Assembly: GCA_963717145.1 (NCBI GenBank)
Contig: OY970325.1
Coordinates: forward strand, 3,232,001 to 3,296,000
Origin: an uncultured Armatimonadetes bacterium
Lineage (GTDB): Bacteria; Armatimonadota; UBA5829; DTJY01
Reading direction: 5' to 3'
Length of the DNA stretch: 64,000 nucleotides
The translations under genes and the position numbers were made by a program. The notes beneath the pieces are model-generated. The model saw nothing but the letters and a program-made list of their open reading frames with translations, was not told where the DNA came from and did not search any database. The number at the start of each line of letters is the position of its first letter. Position 1 is the stretch's first letter. Below are positions 60,727 through 64,000 of this stretch, one piece after another.

Positions 60727-60755
60727 ATTATACAGCGGACGCAGTCAACCGGCAA
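60727..60755 (-). promoter_or_regulatory. Sigma70 promoter of the DUF4365-NTPase gene
   Basis: TTGCCG-17-TATAAT. Confidence 0.55.
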
Positions 60756-60781
60756 TACCTCGGCACCAGCCGAACGAGAAG

Positions 60782-60811
60782 AGGCGAGCCCACCAGTGCG
60801 GGCTCGCCTTC
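60782..60811 (-). terminator. Hairpin after ppdK (probable terminator)
   Basis: AGGCGAGCCC...GGGCTCGCCT. Confidence 0.5.
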
Positions 60812-60875
60812 CTGTACACTCCATGGTCTGACGAGACGCCACCATCGGGCGTACCGCGTCCCGTACCGCCACTAC

Positions 60876-63566
60876 TTATCCCGCTGGACGCCCTTGCCCT
60901 GGTCCTCGATGACGGCCTGGGCGGCGGCGAGGCGGGCGACCGGGATGCGGCGTGGGCGAGCAGGATACGTAGTTCAGGCCGAGCTTGTGGCAGAACTTCA
61001 CGCTGTCCGGCTCGCCGCCGTGCTCGCCGCAGATGCCGAGCTTGATCTTCGGGTTGACCGCCCGCGCGTCCTCGACGCAGATCTTCATCAGCCGGCCGAT
61101 GCCCTTCTGGTCGATGGTCTCGGTCGGGTCGGTCTTGAAGATCTGCTTGTCGATGTAGAGCGGCAGGAACTTGCCGGCGTCGTCGCGGCTGATGCCGTAG
61201 CCCATCTGGGTCAGGTCGTTGGTGCCGAAGCTGAAGAACGCGGCTTCCTTCGCGATCTCGTCGGCGGTCAGGGCCGCGCGCGGGATCTCGATCATCGTGC
61301 CGAACATGTAGTCGACCTCGACGCCCTCGGCCGCCATCGTCTTCTTCGCGATCGTCCTCGAGCTGGTCCTTGATGTAGGTCAGCTCGTTGACGGTGCCGA
61401 CGAGCGGGATCATGATCTCGGGATGAACGTCCATGCCGGCCTTCTTGACCTCGCACGCCGCGCCGATGATCGCGGCGACCTGCATGTTCACGATGCCGGG
61501 GAAGTAGATGCTGAAGCCGGCAGCCGCGCAGGCCGAGCATCGGGTTCTCCTCGTGCATCTCGTGCGACCTTCTTGAGCATCGCTTCCTTCTCGGCCAGCT
61601 CCGGCGCGTTCGGATTCTTGCAGCGAATCTCGGTGACCTCCACCATGAGGTCCATCATGCGGCGGCAGGAACTCGTGCAGCGGCGGGTCGATCAGGCGGA
61701 CCGTGACCGGCCTGCCGCCCATCGCCTTGAAGATGCCCACGAAGTCCTCGCGCTGCATCGGGAGCAGCTTGTCGAGCGCCGTCTGGCGGATCGTCTCGTC
61801 GTCGGCAAGGATCATGTCGCGCACGAGCGGCACGCGGTCGGAGCCGAGGAACATGTGCTCAGTGCGGCAGAGGCCGATGCCCTCCGCGCCGAGTGCGACC
61901 GCCTCAGCGGCATGCTCGGGCGTGTCGGCGTTGGCGCGGACGCCCAGCTTGCGGAACTCGTCGGCCCACGCCATGAACGTGCCGAAGTCGCCGGTGACGC
62001 GTGGCGGGCTCGGTTTCGAGCTCGACGTTGTAGACCTCGCCGAGGGTGCCGTCGATGGTGATGACGTCGCCTTCCTTGACGGTGACGCCGTTGGCGGTGA
62101 ACTGCGCGCTTGTCATCGTCGATCTTCAGCGCGCCGCAGCCGCAGATCGTCGGGATGCCGTACTGGCGGGCGACGAGCGCCGCGTGGCTGGTGCGGCCGC
62201 CGCGCTGGGTCAGAACGCCCTTGGACGCGAGCATGCCGCCGAGGTCGTCCGGGTTGGTCTCCTTGCGGACGAGGATGACCTTGTCTTGCCCTCGGCGGCC
62301 ATCTTGATGGCGGTCTTGGAGTCGAGCGCGACCTGGCCGGATGCGCCGCCGGGACCGGCGTTCAGGCCCTTGGCAATCGGCTTGGCGCCGCTCGGCGTTC
62401 TTGATCCTCGGGTTGCAGAAGCTGCTCGAGCGCCTCCGGCGGGACGCGGGTGAGCGCCTCTTCCTTGGTGATCAGGCCCTCGCTCGACCATGTCGACGGC
62501 GATCTTCACCGCGGCGACGCCGGTGCGCTTGCCCGGCGCGGCACTGCAGGATGAAGAGGCGGCCCTTCTCGATGGTGAACTCGATGTCCTGCATCTCGCG
62601 GTAGTGGTCCTCGAGCTTCTGCGCGATGTCGGCGAACTGCTTGTAGATCGTCGGGGAACTCGTTCTCGAGCTGGTCGATCGACTCGGGGTGCGCACGCCG
62701 GCGACGACGTCCTCGCCCTGCGCGTTCTTCAGGAACTCGCCGAAGAGCTTGTTCTCGCCGGTGGCGGCGTTGCGGGTGAATGCGACGCCGGTGCCGCAGT
62801 CGTCGCCCATGTTGCCGAAGACCATCGTCTGGATGTTGACGGCGGTGCCGAGGTCGTGGGCGATCTTCTCTCGGTTGCGGTAGATGACGGCGCGCTCGTT
62901 GTTCCAGCTCTTGAAGACGGCGATGATCGCCAGCTTGAGCTGCTCCATCGGGTCGGTCGGGAAGTCCGTGCCGGTGACTTCCTTGAAGTACGCCTTATAC
63001 TTGGCCGACGAGCTCCTTCAGGCCGGCGGCGTCGACTTCGGTGTCGAACTTCGCGCCCGGCTTCGCTCTTCATGGCGTCGAAGATCTTCTCGAAGTGCTG
63101 CTTCTTCGAGCTTGGGATACTCGTCGGAGAGGACGATGTCCGAGAACATCATCAGGAAGCGGCGATATGCGTCGTAGCCGAACCGCTCGTTGCCGGTCGC
63201 GGCGACGATGCCCTTGAGGGTATCGTCGTTCAGGCCGAGGTTCAGGACGGTGTCCATCATGCCCGGCATCGAGAACTTCGCGCCGGATCGGACGGAGACG
63301 AGCAGCGGGTTGGCTGCGTCGCCGAGCTTCTTGCCCATGTCCTTCTCGACATCGGCGAGTGCGGCGAGAACGTCTTCCCACAGGCCGTCGGGAAGCTTGC
63401 CGAGCTTGGTGTACTCGTTGCAGGTCTCGGTGGTGATGGTGAACCCGGGCGGAACGGGAAGACCGATATTGGTCATCTCGCACAGGTTTGCGCCCTTGCC
63501 GCCGAGCAGGTCCTTCATCGTCGCGTTGCCTTCACGGAACAGGTAAACGCGCTTCTTGTCACTCAT
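60876..63566 (-). CDS. ppdK: Pyruvate phosphate dikinase, broken by many frameshifts (sequencing error or pseudogene)
   Basis: [40 protein letters not shown] (phospho-His), [20 protein letters not shown] and GICGEHGG in shifting frames. Confidence 0.92.
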
Positions 63567-63704
63567 GGTAAATACCCCCTTCGCATGGCCGGCACTGAGG
63601 CACGGCCACCACATGTTAATTGATGATAGCATTTGGGCCAGACGCAGCAATAGGCCCTGCGATTCGGCCCGATATCGCAGGGCCACATATGAAAACACTC
63701 CCTG

Positions 63705-63787
63705 TGGAGTGCGGAAGCGAAGTCTGACGGAGCTTCCGCTTTGGATCGCAAAGCGGAAGCTCCGTCAGACTTCGCTTCCGCACTCCA
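63705..63787. repeat. Perfect 39-bp-arm palindrome, TGGAGTGCGG family
   Basis: TGGAGTGCGGAAGCGAAGTCTGACGGAGCTTCCGCTTTG, a 5-nt loop, then the reverse complement. Confidence 0.88.
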
Positions 63788-63795
63788 AACGAATG

Positions 63796-64000
63796 CTACC
63801 GCTTCGGCTTCACGGTTACAGCAACGGGCCCGACTGACGTCTTCGGCGCACTCTGAGATGTCAGGAAAGCCTCGAGCGCATACTCGCCGGCCTTGACCTG
63901 GCCGCCCTGGTTGTCCTTCTGAGGCCAGGCCGCAGTAAACGTCTTCTTCTCTCCAGGCGCTAACGTGATCGATGTCAGCATCTGAATAAACGACTTGCCG
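63796..64000 (-). CDS. C-terminus of a BsuPI (intracellular proteinase inhibitor)-like Ig domain protein (partial)
   Basis: FIQMLTSITLAPGEKKTFTAAWPQKDNQGGQVKAGEY. Confidence 0.6.
   Translation of the reverse strand, partial: GKSFIQMLTSITLAPGEKKTFTAAWPQKDNQGGQVKAGEYALEAFLTSQSAPKTSVGPVAVTVKPKR

Noticed and set aside
63613-63632. Rex-like palindrome upstream of ppdK
   Set aside because: Half-site spacing is longer than the 18-bp Rex consensus; the match is too weak.

Overview
GC-rich bacterial chromosomal window. An Armatimonadota-like origin is inferred from gene content such as the DUF1559/H-X9-DG prepilin-like gene and is not proven. From left to right: (1) an acetate/redox cluster (pta fragment, acetyl-CoA synthetase with an N-terminal excisionase-type HTH domain, NfnA-like subunit); (2) a GH51 arabinofuranosidase, Lrp plus aminotransferase, and a large secreted carbohydrate-active protein; (3) an mraZ gene detached from the dcw cluster but with its operator repeats; (4) TatD and a GNAT/PIG-L/DRTGG operon; (5) a sugar ABC locus with three tandem binding proteins; (6) an rfbC-IS3-rfbB-hddA-gmhA-gmhB locus with two further GHMP kinases; (7) a pilin-like gene, an LCP protein and a stand-alone cyanophycin-synthetase N-domain protein; (8) GH2 and GH106 glycosidases, beta-propeller proteins, an M16 peptidase, a membrane-TPR protein and a sulfatase; (9) a small accessory island (VapBC plus DUF4365-NACHT ATPase); (10) a heavily frameshifted ppdK. 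Many intergenic gaps carry REP/MITE-like palindromes or inverted short tandem repeats, and two of these lie in frame inside a protein gene. Scattered single-base frameshifts suggest long-read consensus errors. The best candidate for a new system is the HTH-Acs fusion, whose promoter is followed by three 10-bp-phased direct repeats, consistent with a self-regulating enzyme/transcription factor. No rRNA, tRNA or CRISPR array was recognised. All family assignments come from motif recognition by eye, not database searches.
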